Assembly (NCBI GenBank): GCA_031407405.1
Contig: JANOIG010000193.1
Span: 32,436-96,435 of the forward strand
Direction of reading: 5' to 3'
DNA length: 64,000 nt
DNA from: Deltaproteobacteria bacterium
GTDB taxonomy: Bacteria > Myxococcota_A > Polyangia > Polyangiales > Polyangiaceae
Each line of letters opens with the position of its first letter. Positions within the stretch are counted from its first letter, which is position 1. The notes beneath the pieces are model-generated. The model did no database searches, was not told the origin of the DNA, and saw nothing but the letters and a program-made list of their open reading frames with translations. This document shows, in pieces, positions 37,390 to 46,536 of the stretch. The position numbers and the translations under genes are program-made.

Positions 37390-40266
37390 CTATTTGTTTT
37401 CCGCGTGTGCGGGCGCAGCGTGGGGGTTGGCCCCGGCTTTGCCCTTTTCTTGATAGGTGACTTTCAGCTCGACCCGCTTGCCTTCCCGCAAGACGACCGC
37501 CTTGACCGTCTGGTGGGGCTTCGCGGTGTTCAGCGCAAACATCAAATCGTGCACGCTTTCCACGCTGCGGTCACCGAGCTGAACGAGCACGTCACCGCGT
37601 TGCATCCCACCCAACTGCGCACCGCTACCGGGGCGCACGTCGGCCAGCAACACCCCCTTCTGATCCGCTGGCCCTGCATAGTCGGGGATTGTGCCGAGCG
37701 ACGCATTGAAGGAGCGCATGTCTCCCGAGGGTTCCTCGGGAGGCAGTTTCCGATAGCTGAGCTTGCCGGGCTGGGCTTCCCCTTCGAGCAGATAAGTCGT
37801 GAGCTCGGCAATTTGCGCGACCCCCGAGCCGTTGATCAGAGAGGCATGGTCAGTAGGCTTGTGATAGTCATTGTGCGCGCCCGTGAAGAAGTGAAGCACG
37901 GGAATGCCGGCACTGTAGAACGCGTTGTGATCGCTTCGGCCATAACCGCTACCGCTCAGTTGGCAGTCGATGCGCGCCTGTTCGCAGGCCTTCGGCACCA
38001 GGGTGGCCCACTCCTCGGCGCTCTCAGCGCCCAGAACCGAGAGGCTGTTTCTGGTCAGCCGCCCCACCATGTCGTAGTTGAGCATGGCGTGAATGTTTTG
38101 CGTTTCGAGCCCAGGCGGCGGGTGCTTGACCAGGTGAGATGAGCCCAAAGTCCCCATCTCTTCGGCCGTAAACGCGGCAAAGACCAGATCCCGCCGGGTG
38201 CCGGTGCTCTGCGCCAGGCGGCGGGCGACCTCGAGGACGAGCGCGACGCCCGAGGCATTGTCATCGGCGCCTAGGTGTGGAGAGTGATCGTCGGGCGCAA
38301 GGGAATAGGAGCCGCCGTGACCGAGGTGGTCATAGTGCGCTCCTACCACCATCACTCCGCCCAGGCGCTCTGCAGCCGGTGCACGCGCGGGCAAGCGCCC
38401 GAGCACGTTGAACACCGCCTGGCGCTTCAGCGTGAGCTCGACGTTCAGCTTCGCGTTGAGGCGCTGCCCTTTCTCCAACTGCGCCAGTGTCGCGGCGAAG
38501 GCACTGCGTTTCACGATGACGACGGGAATGCCAGCGTCGCCATGTCCGTCGCGTTCGAGTGCAGGGAAGCTTGCCTCATCGGGCGGTGCCCACGTGTTTT
38601 TGGCGTTCGCGGGGCGTTCAGGATAATCGATGACGATGAGTGCGGTAGCGCCACGTTCGCGAGCGGTCCACGCCTTCTGGCGTAGGTCCCCGTGAATTCT
38701 CTTTTGTTTGGTGTCCTCAAACTTCTCGGACTCCGGGACGAAGCGGCGGACGACCGCGATATTTCCTTTTACTGATAGCCCTTCGTAGTCGGTGCGACCC
38801 AGCTCCGGCTGATTGATGCCGTATCCGGCCAACACCAGCTTTCCGGACACCGCCCCCTGGCCGGAGAAGCCGACCGCCTGGTACTGCGCTTTCGGGAGCG
38901 CTTCCGTACCCACGACCAGCTCCGTGCCCGCTCCCGGCTCGACATGGGTGACCACCTCGAGCTCTTGTCGATAGGAGCCGTTGGCCCCCGCGGGCTCGAG
39001 CCCGATCGCACGGAATTGCGCTTCGATGAACTCACCCGAAGCCAGCAGCCCACGAGTACCCACGCCGCGCCCCTCGCGGGCTGGATCCGCGAGCCACAGG
39101 ATGTCCTCCATCACTCGATCGGCGGCGGTTTCGCGGACCGGCTTCGGCGCGTGATTCACCCATTCGGTGACGAAAACATTTGTGTCGTAGGTCCCGGGTC
39201 GCGACGCGCGGTTCGAGGAGAAAGCGAGATATTTCCCGTCGGGGGAGAACATGGGAAAGCCGTCGAAGCCCGGCGTGTGTGTGATCTGCTCGAGTGCCGT
39301 GCCGTCGACGCCGACGGACCAAATGTCGAATTCTCGACCGCCAGGATCACCCGCGTTGGTGGAAAACAGCACACGGTCTGCGGCCGGGGTGAAATAAGGG
39401 GCAAAGGCCGCGGCGTCGAGATAGGTGATCTGTCGAGCGTCGCTACCATCCGACTTGGCGACGAAGATCTCCAGCTTGCTGGGGCGCACTAGGCCCTCGG
39501 CAAGCAGTTGCTGGTAGTCCTCGAGGGCTTTGCCCGCGGGCCGAGACGCACGCCAGACGATCTTGCTGCAATCCGCGCTAAAAAAAGCGCCCCCGTCATA
39601 GCCCGGCGTATGCGTGAGCCGCTGCACGTTCTCCCCATTCCGGTCCATGCGATACAGCTCGAGGTCTCCATCGCGCGTGGAGGTGAAGAGGATCGTACCG
39701 TCGTTGCGGCAGACCGTCGCCTCGGCGTCGTAGCTCTTGTGTGTGGTGAGCTGCCTCAGGTTGCTGCCGTCCGCGTTGGCTTTGAAAATGTCGAAGCTGG
39801 AATAGAGCGGCCATACATAGCCCTTGCTGTGGTCTGGCTTCGGGGGGCAGGCTTCGCCGCCGAGGTGAGTCGATGAGTAAATGATCTCCTGATCGCCGGG
39901 CAGAAAGTAGGCGCACGTCGTCGCCCCAGTGCCGGTCGATACCAGGCGCGGCTCTGGCAGCGGGCGGTCCACGTCCATCGTGTAGATTTGGTCGCAACCC
40001 TCACCGGCGTGCGCCTGGAAAATGAGCTTGTTGCCAGCGGACGCCCAGTAAGCTTCCGCATTTTCGCCCCCGTCGGTGAGCTGCACCAGCTCGCTAAAGT
40101 GAGTTTCGCGCGGGTGTTTGAGCGTTGCGGGTTGCCCCGATTCGGCCGGAGCAGTCGCAGGGGGAGCCGCGGCCTGGCAGGCGGTCAAAGACAAGGCAGC
40201 CAAAGACAGGGCAGCCAATGACGACAGGCCCTGCGCGCGCAATCTGAGCTGTTGACGCATGTTCAT
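37390..40266 (-). CDS. secreted multidomain protease: TolB-like beta-propeller + M28 aminopeptidase + PDZ
   Basis: ATG 40266 gives signal peptide and lipobox 'LSLTAC|Q'. PD40-type repeats ('FSPDGKYLAFSSNR'). M28 motifs 'VGAHYDHLGHG', 'GADDNASGVA', 'FTAEEMGTLGS', 'SDHNAFY'. C-terminal PDZ 'GVLLADVRPGSGAQLGGMQRGDVLVQLGD'. The 233 upstream codons of the listed ORF are Arg-rich artefact. Confidence 0.85.
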   Translation of the reverse strand: MNMRQQLRLRAQGLSSLAALSLAALSLTACQAAAPPATAPAESGQPATLKHPRETHFSELVQLTDGGENAEAYWASAGNKLIFQAHAGEGCDQIYTMDVDRPLPEPRLVSTGTGATTCAYFLPGDQEIIYSSTHLGGEACPPKPDHSKGYVWPLYSSFDIFKANADGSNLRQLTTHKSYDAEATVCRNDGTILFTSTRDGDLELYRMDRNGENVQRLTHTPGYDGGAFFSADCSKIVWRASRPAGKALEDYQQLLAEGLVRPSKLEIFVAKSDGSDARQITYLDAAAFAPYFTPAADRVLFSTNAGDPGGREFDIWSVGVDGTALEQITHTPGFDGFPMFSPDGKYLAFSSNRASRPGTYDTNVFVTEWVNHAPKPVRETAADRVMEDILWLADPAREGRGVGTRGLLASGEFIEAQFRAIGLEPAGANGSYRQELEVVTHVEPGAGTELVVGTEALPKAQYQAVGFSGQGAVSGKLVLAGYGINQPELGRTDYEGLSVKGNIAVVRRFVPESEKFEDTKQKRIHGDLRQKAWTARERGATALIVIDYPERPANAKNTWAPPDEASFPALERDGHGDAGIPVVIVKRSAFAATLAQLEKGQRLNAKLNVELTLKRQAVFNVLGRLPARAPAAERLGGVMVVGAHYDHLGHGGSYSLAPDDHSPHLGADDNASGVALVLEVARRLAQSTGTRRDLVFAAFTAEEMGTLGSSHLVKHPPPGLETQNIHAMLNYDMVGRLTRNSLSVLGAESAEEWATLVPKACEQARIDCQLSGSGYGRSDHNAFYSAGIPVLHFFTGAHNDYHKPTDHASLINGSGVAQIAELTTYLLEGEAQPGKLSYRKLPPEEPSGDMRSFNASLGTIPDYAGPADQKGVLLADVRPGSGAQLGGMQRGDVLVQLGDRSVESVHDLMFALNTAKPHQTVKAVVLREGKRVELKVTYQEKGKAGANPHAAPAHAENK

Positions 40267-40500
40267 GAGCGAGATCTCCGACTCTCCGTGGGTGCGAGGT
40301 TTGGAGCCTATTGGCTGCAAATGGGTGGGGCAACCCCGAATGCGGGGTCGCTGGTCGCGCGCGAATGTGCAAAGCTCCGCCCTCGGGCCGTTCCTTCGTG
40401 CCGCGCGGTGCACTGCGGTCTTGCGAGGCGACAACACAGGTGTAAAACTTGCGCTGGAATGGCCTTCAATCCAGCTTTTCAGCGTCCGTAGCGACCACTC

Positions 40501-41451
40501 ATGTCCCCGACGTCCCGCCCCCCCCACGCTCTGTTCGATGACTCGAGTCCCGGTTCTTCCCGGCCCTACCACTATCGGCTCGTGGATGTTTTCACGGATC
40601 AGCGCTTCAGCGGCAATCCCCTGGCCGTGTTCACCGACGCGCGCGGGCTGAACACCGAGTTGATGCAGCGCATCGCGCGTGAGCTCAATCACGCGGAGAC
40701 CACCTTCGTCTTCCCGCCGTTTGATCGCGCGCACGACTATTCGGTTCGAATCTTCTCTCCGCACGCGGAGCTGCCGACGGCGGGTCATCCTTCGATCGGG
40801 ACCGCATTCGCTTTGGCGCAAGAGCGGCCCGTCGCGCCGGCGCCCGCCCAGAATCGTTTTGTCTTCGACGAAGCATCTGGCCCGGTCTCGGTGTCCATGC
40901 TGTCGCCGATCACGACCACCAAGCAGGAGCTGCCACGGTTTGGCGCCGAGTACCCCGAGCCGCACACGGCGGCTGCCGTCCTGTCACTCACCTTGGAAGA
41001 CTTGTTGCCAGGATTGCCGGTGCAAGCGGTCGCATCCAGCGTGTCGTATCTTCTCATTCCCATCGTCAGCTTGGGGGCGTTGAAGCGAATACGCCTGCGG
41101 ACCGACATTTGGGAGCGGACGATCAAGCGCTTCGACGCGCCGCACATTTTCGCCTTCAGCATGGAGTCCGAGAAGGCGGGCTCGACCGCCACGGCGCGCA
41201 TGTTCGCCCCCGCGCTCGGCATCAGCGAGGCCCCCGCGACGGAGAGCGCGTGTGGGCCACTAGCGGCCTATCTGGTGCGCTACAAGCTCGTGCGCCCGCG
41301 GCGGGAGCATCTGTTCATTTTCGAGCAAGGTGCAGAAATCGGGCGTCCCAGCGTGATTCACGTCAGCGCGGAGCAAGACCAGGATGTGCTGACTCAGCTG
41401 CGCATTGGTGGCCAGTGTGTGGTGGTGGGCGAAGGCACGATATTCGTGTGA
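40501..41451 (+). CDS. PhzF-family isomerase/epimerase-like protein
   Basis: 'YRLVDVFTDQRFSGNPLAVF...ARELNHAETTFV' is a PhzF N-terminal signature. The stop overlaps the next ATG (TGATG). Confidence 0.85.
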   Translation: MSPTSRPPHALFDDSSPGSSRPYHYRLVDVFTDQRFSGNPLAVFTDARGLNTELMQRIARELNHAETTFVFPPFDRAHDYSVRIFSPHAELPTAGHPSIGTAFALAQERPVAPAPAQNRFVFDEASGPVSVSMLSPITTTKQELPRFGAEYPEPHTAAAVLSLTLEDLLPGLPVQAVASSVSYLLIPIVSLGALKRIRLRTDIWERTIKRFDAPHIFAFSMESEKAGSTATARMFAPALGISEAPATESACGPLAAYLVRYKLVRPRREHLFIFEQGAEIGRPSVIHVSAEQDQDVLTQLRIGGQCVVVGEGTIFV

Positions 41452-42890
41452 TGCAAGAGGACGGGTCGCTTCGGATGGGGGCCAAGGCGAGTAGCGCGGA
41501 GGTGGCGCGCCATGCCGTGCGGCAACTGCCGCGGACGCTCGAACGCCTCGCCGAGTACCTGAGAGTGCCGGCCATTTCGTGCGACCCCGCTCACCATCCG
41601 GACGTGGTGCGTCTGAGCCACACCTTGCGGGCTGACTTGGAATCGCTAGGTTTTTCGGACGCTCGAGTGCTGCACCTCGACGGTGCTCTTCCGCTCACCT
41701 GCGCGGAGCGTCGCGACGCGGGTCCTGACCAGCCGACGCTGTTGATCTACGGGCATCTCGATTTGCAGCCGGTCGAGGGCGAGGCGTGGCGGACGCCTCC
41801 GCACGAGGCTACGACCAGAAATGGCCGCCTGTACGCGCGCGGCGCGGCCGACGACATGGGCGGTTGGATGTCACATCTCGCGGCGATCGAGGCCTGGCTA
41901 GCCGTTGCTGGCACGCTGCCCGTCAACGTGAAGCTGGTCATCGAAGGTGAAGAGGAGATCGGCTCACCCAACCTGGAACGCTACATGGATGCGTTTCCAG
42001 AGGTGTTTGAAGCCGACGTCATGGTGCTGACGGACTGCGAAAACCCTGCGCCGGACATACCTGGGTTGACGGTTTCGTTACGCGGCCTGCTCGAGGTCGA
42101 GGTCGAGTGCGAAGCGCTCGAGTGCGACGTTCACTCGGGGCTCTGGGGTAACATGGCGCCCGACCCGGGCAACTCGCTCATTTTGCTGCTGGGGCGCTTG
42201 CTGGACAAACAGGGTCGGTTCGCGCTCGGGCGCCGTGACGTGCCCGCAATCTGGCGGCAGGAGGCCGCTCTCTTGCCGCCTTCTCGACAGGTGGTCGCGC
42301 ACGCCGCCCGCTTGCTCGACGGGGTCGTGCCATTGCCCGACGAGGGTCGGTCGCCGGCGGAGTGGCTATGGCGTCAACCCGCGATGACCGTGCTCTCGAC
42401 CACCTTGCCGCGACCGAATGAACAGAAGAATGCGGTCAGAGCTCGGGCCTCGGCCACGTTGTCCATTCGTCTTGCGCCCGGCCAAACGGCAGAGGAGATG
42501 CGAGCGCTGCTCGACGGCGTGCTGCTCGTCGACCCACCGGGAGGTGTGCGCGTGCGGCTGCTGCAAGCACCCGGCGGCGCCGAGAGCTGGCTGTACGAGC
42601 CTTCCGGCCCTGTCTTCGAGGCTGTGGATCGTGCTTACGAGAAGGGGTTTGGACGGCGTCTATTGCGGGTTGGAATCGGGGGCTCAATCCCGTTCGTGGC
42701 GCTGTTTGGGCGCCGCTTTAGTCACCTGCCGCTGGTTCTGAACGGCGTGATGGATCCCGAGACGGGGGCGCACGGTCCGAACGAGTCGCTTGATTTGGGC
42801 GTCTTCGAGAAGGCAGTGCTCACCAACGTGTACCTGCTCGAGGAGCTGTCGCGTCTCGGGCGCCAGGCCATCGCTGTTGCGGATTCGTGA
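41451..42890 (+). CDS. M20-family dipeptidase/acylase
   Basis: 'LLIYGHLDLQPV', 'GRLYARGAADDMGG', 'VIEGEEEIGSP' metal-ligand motifs. ATG at 41451; the upstream extension is Arg-rich. Confidence 0.85.
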   Translation: MQEDGSLRMGAKASSAEVARHAVRQLPRTLERLAEYLRVPAISCDPAHHPDVVRLSHTLRADLESLGFSDARVLHLDGALPLTCAERRDAGPDQPTLLIYGHLDLQPVEGEAWRTPPHEATTRNGRLYARGAADDMGGWMSHLAAIEAWLAVAGTLPVNVKLVIEGEEEIGSPNLERYMDAFPEVFEADVMVLTDCENPAPDIPGLTVSLRGLLEVEVECEALECDVHSGLWGNMAPDPGNSLILLLGRLLDKQGRFALGRRDVPAIWRQEAALLPPSRQVVAHAARLLDGVVPLPDEGRSPAEWLWRQPAMTVLSTTLPRPNEQKNAVRARASATLSIRLAPGQTAEEMRALLDGVLLVDPPGGVRVRLLQAPGGAESWLYEPSGPVFEAVDRAYEKGFGRRLLRVGIGGSIPFVALFGRRFSHLPLVLNGVMDPETGAHGPNESLDLGVFEKAVLTNVYLLEELSRLGRQAIAVADS

Positions 42891-44257
42891 GCGGCGCCAC
42901 GCGTGTTTCGGCGGGGGTGAGGCAGTACCTCGCCCGCTACGCGAGCCCGGAAGTGACCCTGGCCGACGCCATCGCCGAGCGTTACCGATCGGTGCTGGTC
43001 GTGCCCGCGTTTCGCGAGGCGCCGGGGCTTTTGGCGCAGTACCGAGCGGCGCTGGATAGTGCAAGCGGCCGTGTGCTGGTGATCGTGGTGGTCAACGCGG
43101 CAGCGCCTCACGCCGTGCCGAGCTGGCCCGTACACGAAGAGTTGTTGGCAGATCTACGCAGCCCGTCAGCGCGGCAGATATCGTCGGCGCCGCCGGCGTG
43201 GCTCTCCTGTCACGAGAGCTGGGACGTGCTGGGCATCGATCGGGCTCATCCAGACACTTGCTTTCCCGAGCGACAGGGCGTGGGGCTAGCCCGGCGCATT
43301 GGCTGCGACGTGGCGCTCGCGTTGCATGCGGCGGGGCGTTTGGAGGACCCCTTCTTTTATTGTACCGATGCCGATGCCGAGCTGCCGGCGGGTTACTTCG
43401 ACGGGCTCCCTGCGGAAGCACCCTCGGGGAGCTCGGGCATCATCTTTTCATTTTGGCATGTGCCGGGAGGCGATCCGGCCATAGATGCCGCGACCGCGCT
43501 GTATGAGCTAGGTCTCCGCTACTACGTGTCGGGTCTGGCCCGTGCCGGCTCGCCCTACGCGTTTCACGCGATCGGCAGCGCGCTCGCGGTCCGGGCCTCG
43601 GCCTACGCCGCTGTGCGAGGGTTTCCCAAACGTCTGGCCGGCGAGGACTTCTACCTCCTGAACAAGCTGGTCAAGGTTGCGCCCATTTGGCGCGATGATC
43701 GCCGAGTGGTACGGCTTCGATCGCGCGCTTCGCTGCGAACTGCGCATGGAACTGGTGTTGCAGCCGTCAAGCTCGCCGCCCACCTCGACGTGAATTCCGC
43801 GCTGTTCTACCATCCGCAGATCTTCATGGCGCTCGAGCTGTGGCTGGCGGCCATGAAACAGTTTGCCCAGAGTCGCGAGCTGGGTGCCGTGCGTCGCGCA
43901 TTGTTTGCCGCGGCAGGGCCCGTGGCTGTTTCCCTCGACCCGCTCCTCGACGAGCTCGGTGCGTGGCAGGCCCTCGAACAGGCGGCGCGACAGACGCGTA
44001 CTGAAAGCTCCCTCCTTACCCGGCTGCACACGTGGTTCGATGGCTTTCGCACCCTCAAGCTCGTGCACGGCTTGCGTGGGCGAGGCCTTGGTTCGCTGCC
44101 CTTCCGCGAAGCGCTCGCGGGTTCGTGGTGCTGCACGCCAGCTCAGGCCGAGCACGCGACAGTGGATGACTTGCGCAAGCTGCTATTGGACCAGACCGCC
44201 CAGCCAGCGGGCGGCCAGGAATTGGCGTTGCCTCCGCTCGGTACGCGAGCCCCGTGA
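42887..44257 (+). CDS. GT-A fold (family-2-like) glycosyltransferase-like protein with C-terminal helical extension
   Basis: 'VLVVPAFREAPG', 'YCTDADAELPAGYF' (DxD-like) and 'GEDFYLLNKL'. The GTG start overlaps the M20 stop (GTGA). Confidence 0.6.
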   Translation: MSGATRVSAGVRQYLARYASPEVTLADAIAERYRSVLVVPAFREAPGLLAQYRAALDSASGRVLVIVVVNAAAPHAVPSWPVHEELLADLRSPSARQISSAPPAWLSCHESWDVLGIDRAHPDTCFPERQGVGLARRIGCDVALALHAAGRLEDPFFYCTDADAELPAGYFDGLPAEAPSGSSGIIFSFWHVPGGDPAIDAATALYELGLRYYVSGLARAGSPYAFHAIGSALAVRASAYAAVRGFPKRLAGEDFYLLNKLVKVAPIWRDDRRVVRLRSRASLRTAHGTGVAAVKLAAHLDVNSALFYHPQIFMALELWLAAMKQFAQSRELGAVRRALFAAAGPVAVSLDPLLDELGAWQALEQAARQTRTESSLLTRLHTWFDGFRTLKLVHGLRGRGLGSLPFREALAGSWCCTPAQAEHATVDDLRKLLLDQTAQPAGGQELALPPLGTRAP

Positions 44258-44333
44258 CTGGCGGCGGGCCGCTCGTATCGAGGGTCACGAAACGGCCAAG
44301 CAAACCCCGCGCGCCAAAACGAAACGAGTCACG

Positions 44334-44363
44334 GGTTCGGCCGTAGGTGAGTGAGGCCGAACC
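44334..44363 (+). terminator. candidate hairpin terminator after the GT-like gene
   Basis: 9-bp stem 'ggttcggcc'/'ggccgaacc' with a 12-nt loop, followed by the T-containing 'tgtgcttta' and an AT-rich tract. Confidence 0.3.
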
Positions 44364-44473
44364 TGTGCTTTACAGGTACAAAATTACTACAAAATAAACA
44401 ACGGTGTGCGATTTGCGGCTCGCGTGGGCGCTAATCCTACCCCGGCTGATTGCCGCCTCTGGTACTAATAGGC

Positions 44474-46468
44474 ATGGCCAGTCAAACCAAGGTTGAGCCG
44501 GAGGCCGCTGGCCCCGGTGGGGCAGTGCCGCCCGCCGGGGGCCCGCCCACAGCTGACGCCCCTGAGGGTGGTGGCTACGCAATGGACGGAGATGAAGCGG
44601 CAGACCCCGCCACATCGGCGGATGCCACGAGCATGCCACTGCTGGCCAGTGACGACGAGGACGTCGCGCTCGAGGAGCTCATGGTTTCGGATTTGTCAGA
44701 CCTTGACGACGATGATGACGAGCCAGAAGAAGCGACTGAGGTCCATGCCGGCCTTGGGCGTCTGCGCGACGAGGTATACTCGAGCGATGAGCTTCTGACA
44801 CCTCCGCCTCAGACCGTCGACGCGGACGTCTTGCTCGAGTTATCTGAGATGGCGGACGACGAAGCGGCGGCGCTTGCTGCTGCTTCGGCTGCCCAAGAAG
44901 CCGTCGCCAGGGCCGCAGACGAAGAGCGGGAGAGGGCCGCTGCGACGCTGGCCGAGCCTGATGGCCAGGCTGAGCCGGACGTGGAGCTCGCGGCGCAGGA
45001 TGCGAACGACGGCATTGCTGCCGAAGCAACGGCTGGATCGGATGACGCCGCGCCGGACACGCTACAGGCCGTGGTCAGCCTGGATTCCGAAACTGACTTG
45101 CCGTCGACACCCAGCCTCAGCGTCGAGGCAGCCGAGCCTGCTACTACATCTGAACCCATCGGTGTCAAACTTCGGGATGCGCCGCTGCCCAGCTTTGAAA
45201 TTCCCGAGGGCGAAGCCGCGGAGGACGAAGGTGCAACCGCCAGCCCTTCCGTAGAGTCCCGCTCGAGTGGTCGGGGTAGCGCGCGGCCGATGGCTCCTCT
45301 CGCACCGCTGTCCGAGGTCGTGGAAGACGATGACGACGACGTCGTCACTCATATCGGTCTACCCGTGCCCGAAACGGCAGGCGGCTATTCGGAATTCGAA
45401 CCGGGAGGCTTCCAGGTGGCCGATACGGGCATGGCCGCCATGCAGGGGTTTGACAACCTAAACCTCTTGGACACCCGCCGCGCCACCACGCGCCTGGTGC
45501 CGCGAATCAACCCCAGCCAGTTGGATCTCGGAACGCCGCCGCCGACGGACTACCTGTCGAGGGTTCTAGGTAGCCTCTCCGCGGCGGTAGGTGCGGGGCT
45601 GTCACGGCTGCGTGGGGGCTCTGCGGTCGAGCTCGAACCGGAGCAAACCATTGGCGATCAGCCGCCCCAGCGCCTCTTCGGCTGGCTGCGTGACAAGGTC
45701 CTGCCACCCCTGAGCCTGGTGTTGGCCGGCAGTGGTATCGGCGCGGGCATCCTCCTGCTTCAGATCGATCGCGATGGCGACCCGTCGGCAGAGCAGGCCC
45801 AAACTGTCCAGGCGCTGAAGGGGGCGCCGGGCTCGAAGCCAGGGACGACCTTGGTCGATCGCGCCGAGGCAGGGGACAGCGATGCGCTTTTCAAGATCAC
45901 GAACATGGCGGACGCGGAGCGCACTTCCGCGCTGACGCTAGCTGCCGAGGCCGGCCATCAAGCGCGGAAGCTGAACGAGTTCAACGAGTTTGCGCGGTCC
46001 TTGCAACAGCCGGCCGCGGCTGGGGCCCCCAACTCCATGGCCCGGTTGATCGGTTACGCCACGAGCCCGGAGACGATGCTTCCCGCGTTTCGGCACCTGT
46101 CCCAATGGGCGGGCTCGCGCGGCCCTGACGTGCTCTACGCGGTTTGGGAAAAGGCGCCGGGCGGAAGTCGTGCGGCCAGTCTGGCGCAACAACTACTGAG
46201 CTCGGCGGATCAACGCTCCAAGGCTACTCCAGCACTGACGACGGCGCTCGATTTACGCGCGGCGACGGCGTGCGAGGATTACCTTCGCCTCTTGCCCAAG
46301 GTGCTCAGCACTGGCGATCAGCGCTGCAGCGCAACGCTGCGTGCCCTCAAGCACACCGATGGCTGCGGTGACGACGGCCACAGCGACTGTTACGCCTGTC
46401 TCCGAGAAGGCCGACTGCTCGATGACGCGCTTGCCGCCATCGAAAAGCGTCCCGCCCCGCAGCTCTGA
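44474..46468 (+). CDS. hypothetical membrane protein with ~300-aa polyacidic disordered N-terminus
   Basis: The D/E/A-rich N-terminal half ('DLSDLDDDDDEPEE', 'VVEDDDDDVV') is followed by one TM segment 'LSLVLAGSGIGAGILLL' and a C-terminal Cys-containing domain ('CSATLRALKHTDGCGDDGHSDCYAC'). Confidence 0.6.
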   Translation: MASQTKVEPEAAGPGGAVPPAGGPPTADAPEGGGYAMDGDEAADPATSADATSMPLLASDDEDVALEELMVSDLSDLDDDDDEPEEATEVHAGLGRLRDEVYSSDELLTPPPQTVDADVLLELSEMADDEAAALAAASAAQEAVARAADEERERAAATLAEPDGQAEPDVELAAQDANDGIAAEATAGSDDAAPDTLQAVVSLDSETDLPSTPSLSVEAAEPATTSEPIGVKLRDAPLPSFEIPEGEAAEDEGATASPSVESRSSGRGSARPMAPLAPLSEVVEDDDDDVVTHIGLPVPETAGGYSEFEPGGFQVADTGMAAMQGFDNLNLLDTRRATTRLVPRINPSQLDLGTPPPTDYLSRVLGSLSAAVGAGLSRLRGGSAVELEPEQTIGDQPPQRLFGWLRDKVLPPLSLVLAGSGIGAGILLLQIDRDGDPSAEQAQTVQALKGAPGSKPGTTLVDRAEAGDSDALFKITNMADAERTSALTLAAEAGHQARKLNEFNEFARSLQQPAAAGAPNSMARLIGYATSPETMLPAFRHLSQWAGSRGPDVLYAVWEKAPGGSRAASLAQQLLSSADQRSKATPALTTALDLRAATACEDYLRLLPKVLSTGDQRCSATLRALKHTDGCGDDGHSDCYACLREGRLLDDALAAIEKRPAPQL

Positions 46469-46536
46469 GCGCCCCGCGGCCGAGCGTGGCCTCTGTGACC
46501 CGGTCTAGAGCGACCCCGGTCTAGAGCCGTCGTGGC

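Noticed and set aside
36988-38142. Long plus-strand ORF (384 aa) plus many similar long ORFs antisense to confident genes. Examples: 7270-8103, 5819-6556, 16580-17563, 20718-21380, 43508-44155, 47768-48688, 49580-50605, 49888-50613, 53293-53865, 60541-61524 and 31857-32624.
   Set aside because: All overlap motif-confirmed genes on the other strand or in another frame. They are strongly Arg/Gly/Pro/Ala-skewed, as expected from stop-codon depletion in GC-rich DNA, and I found no recognisable motif in any of them.
40267-40965. The 5' extension of the 1191-aa ORF (233 extra codons), and likewise the 41109-41450 extension of the M20 gene and the 9761-9934 extension of glyQS.
   Set aside because: These extensions are Arg-rich, lack domain content and run into neighbouring promoter regions or genes. 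Internal ATGs give proper signal peptides or canonical N-termini.
45390-45410. tRNA-like T-arm strings ('ttcgaacc') here and at about 57921.
   Set aside because: Both lie inside well-supported reading frames, and no acceptor or anticodon stems can be drawn around them. I found no tRNA-like cloverleaf in any intergenic gap.
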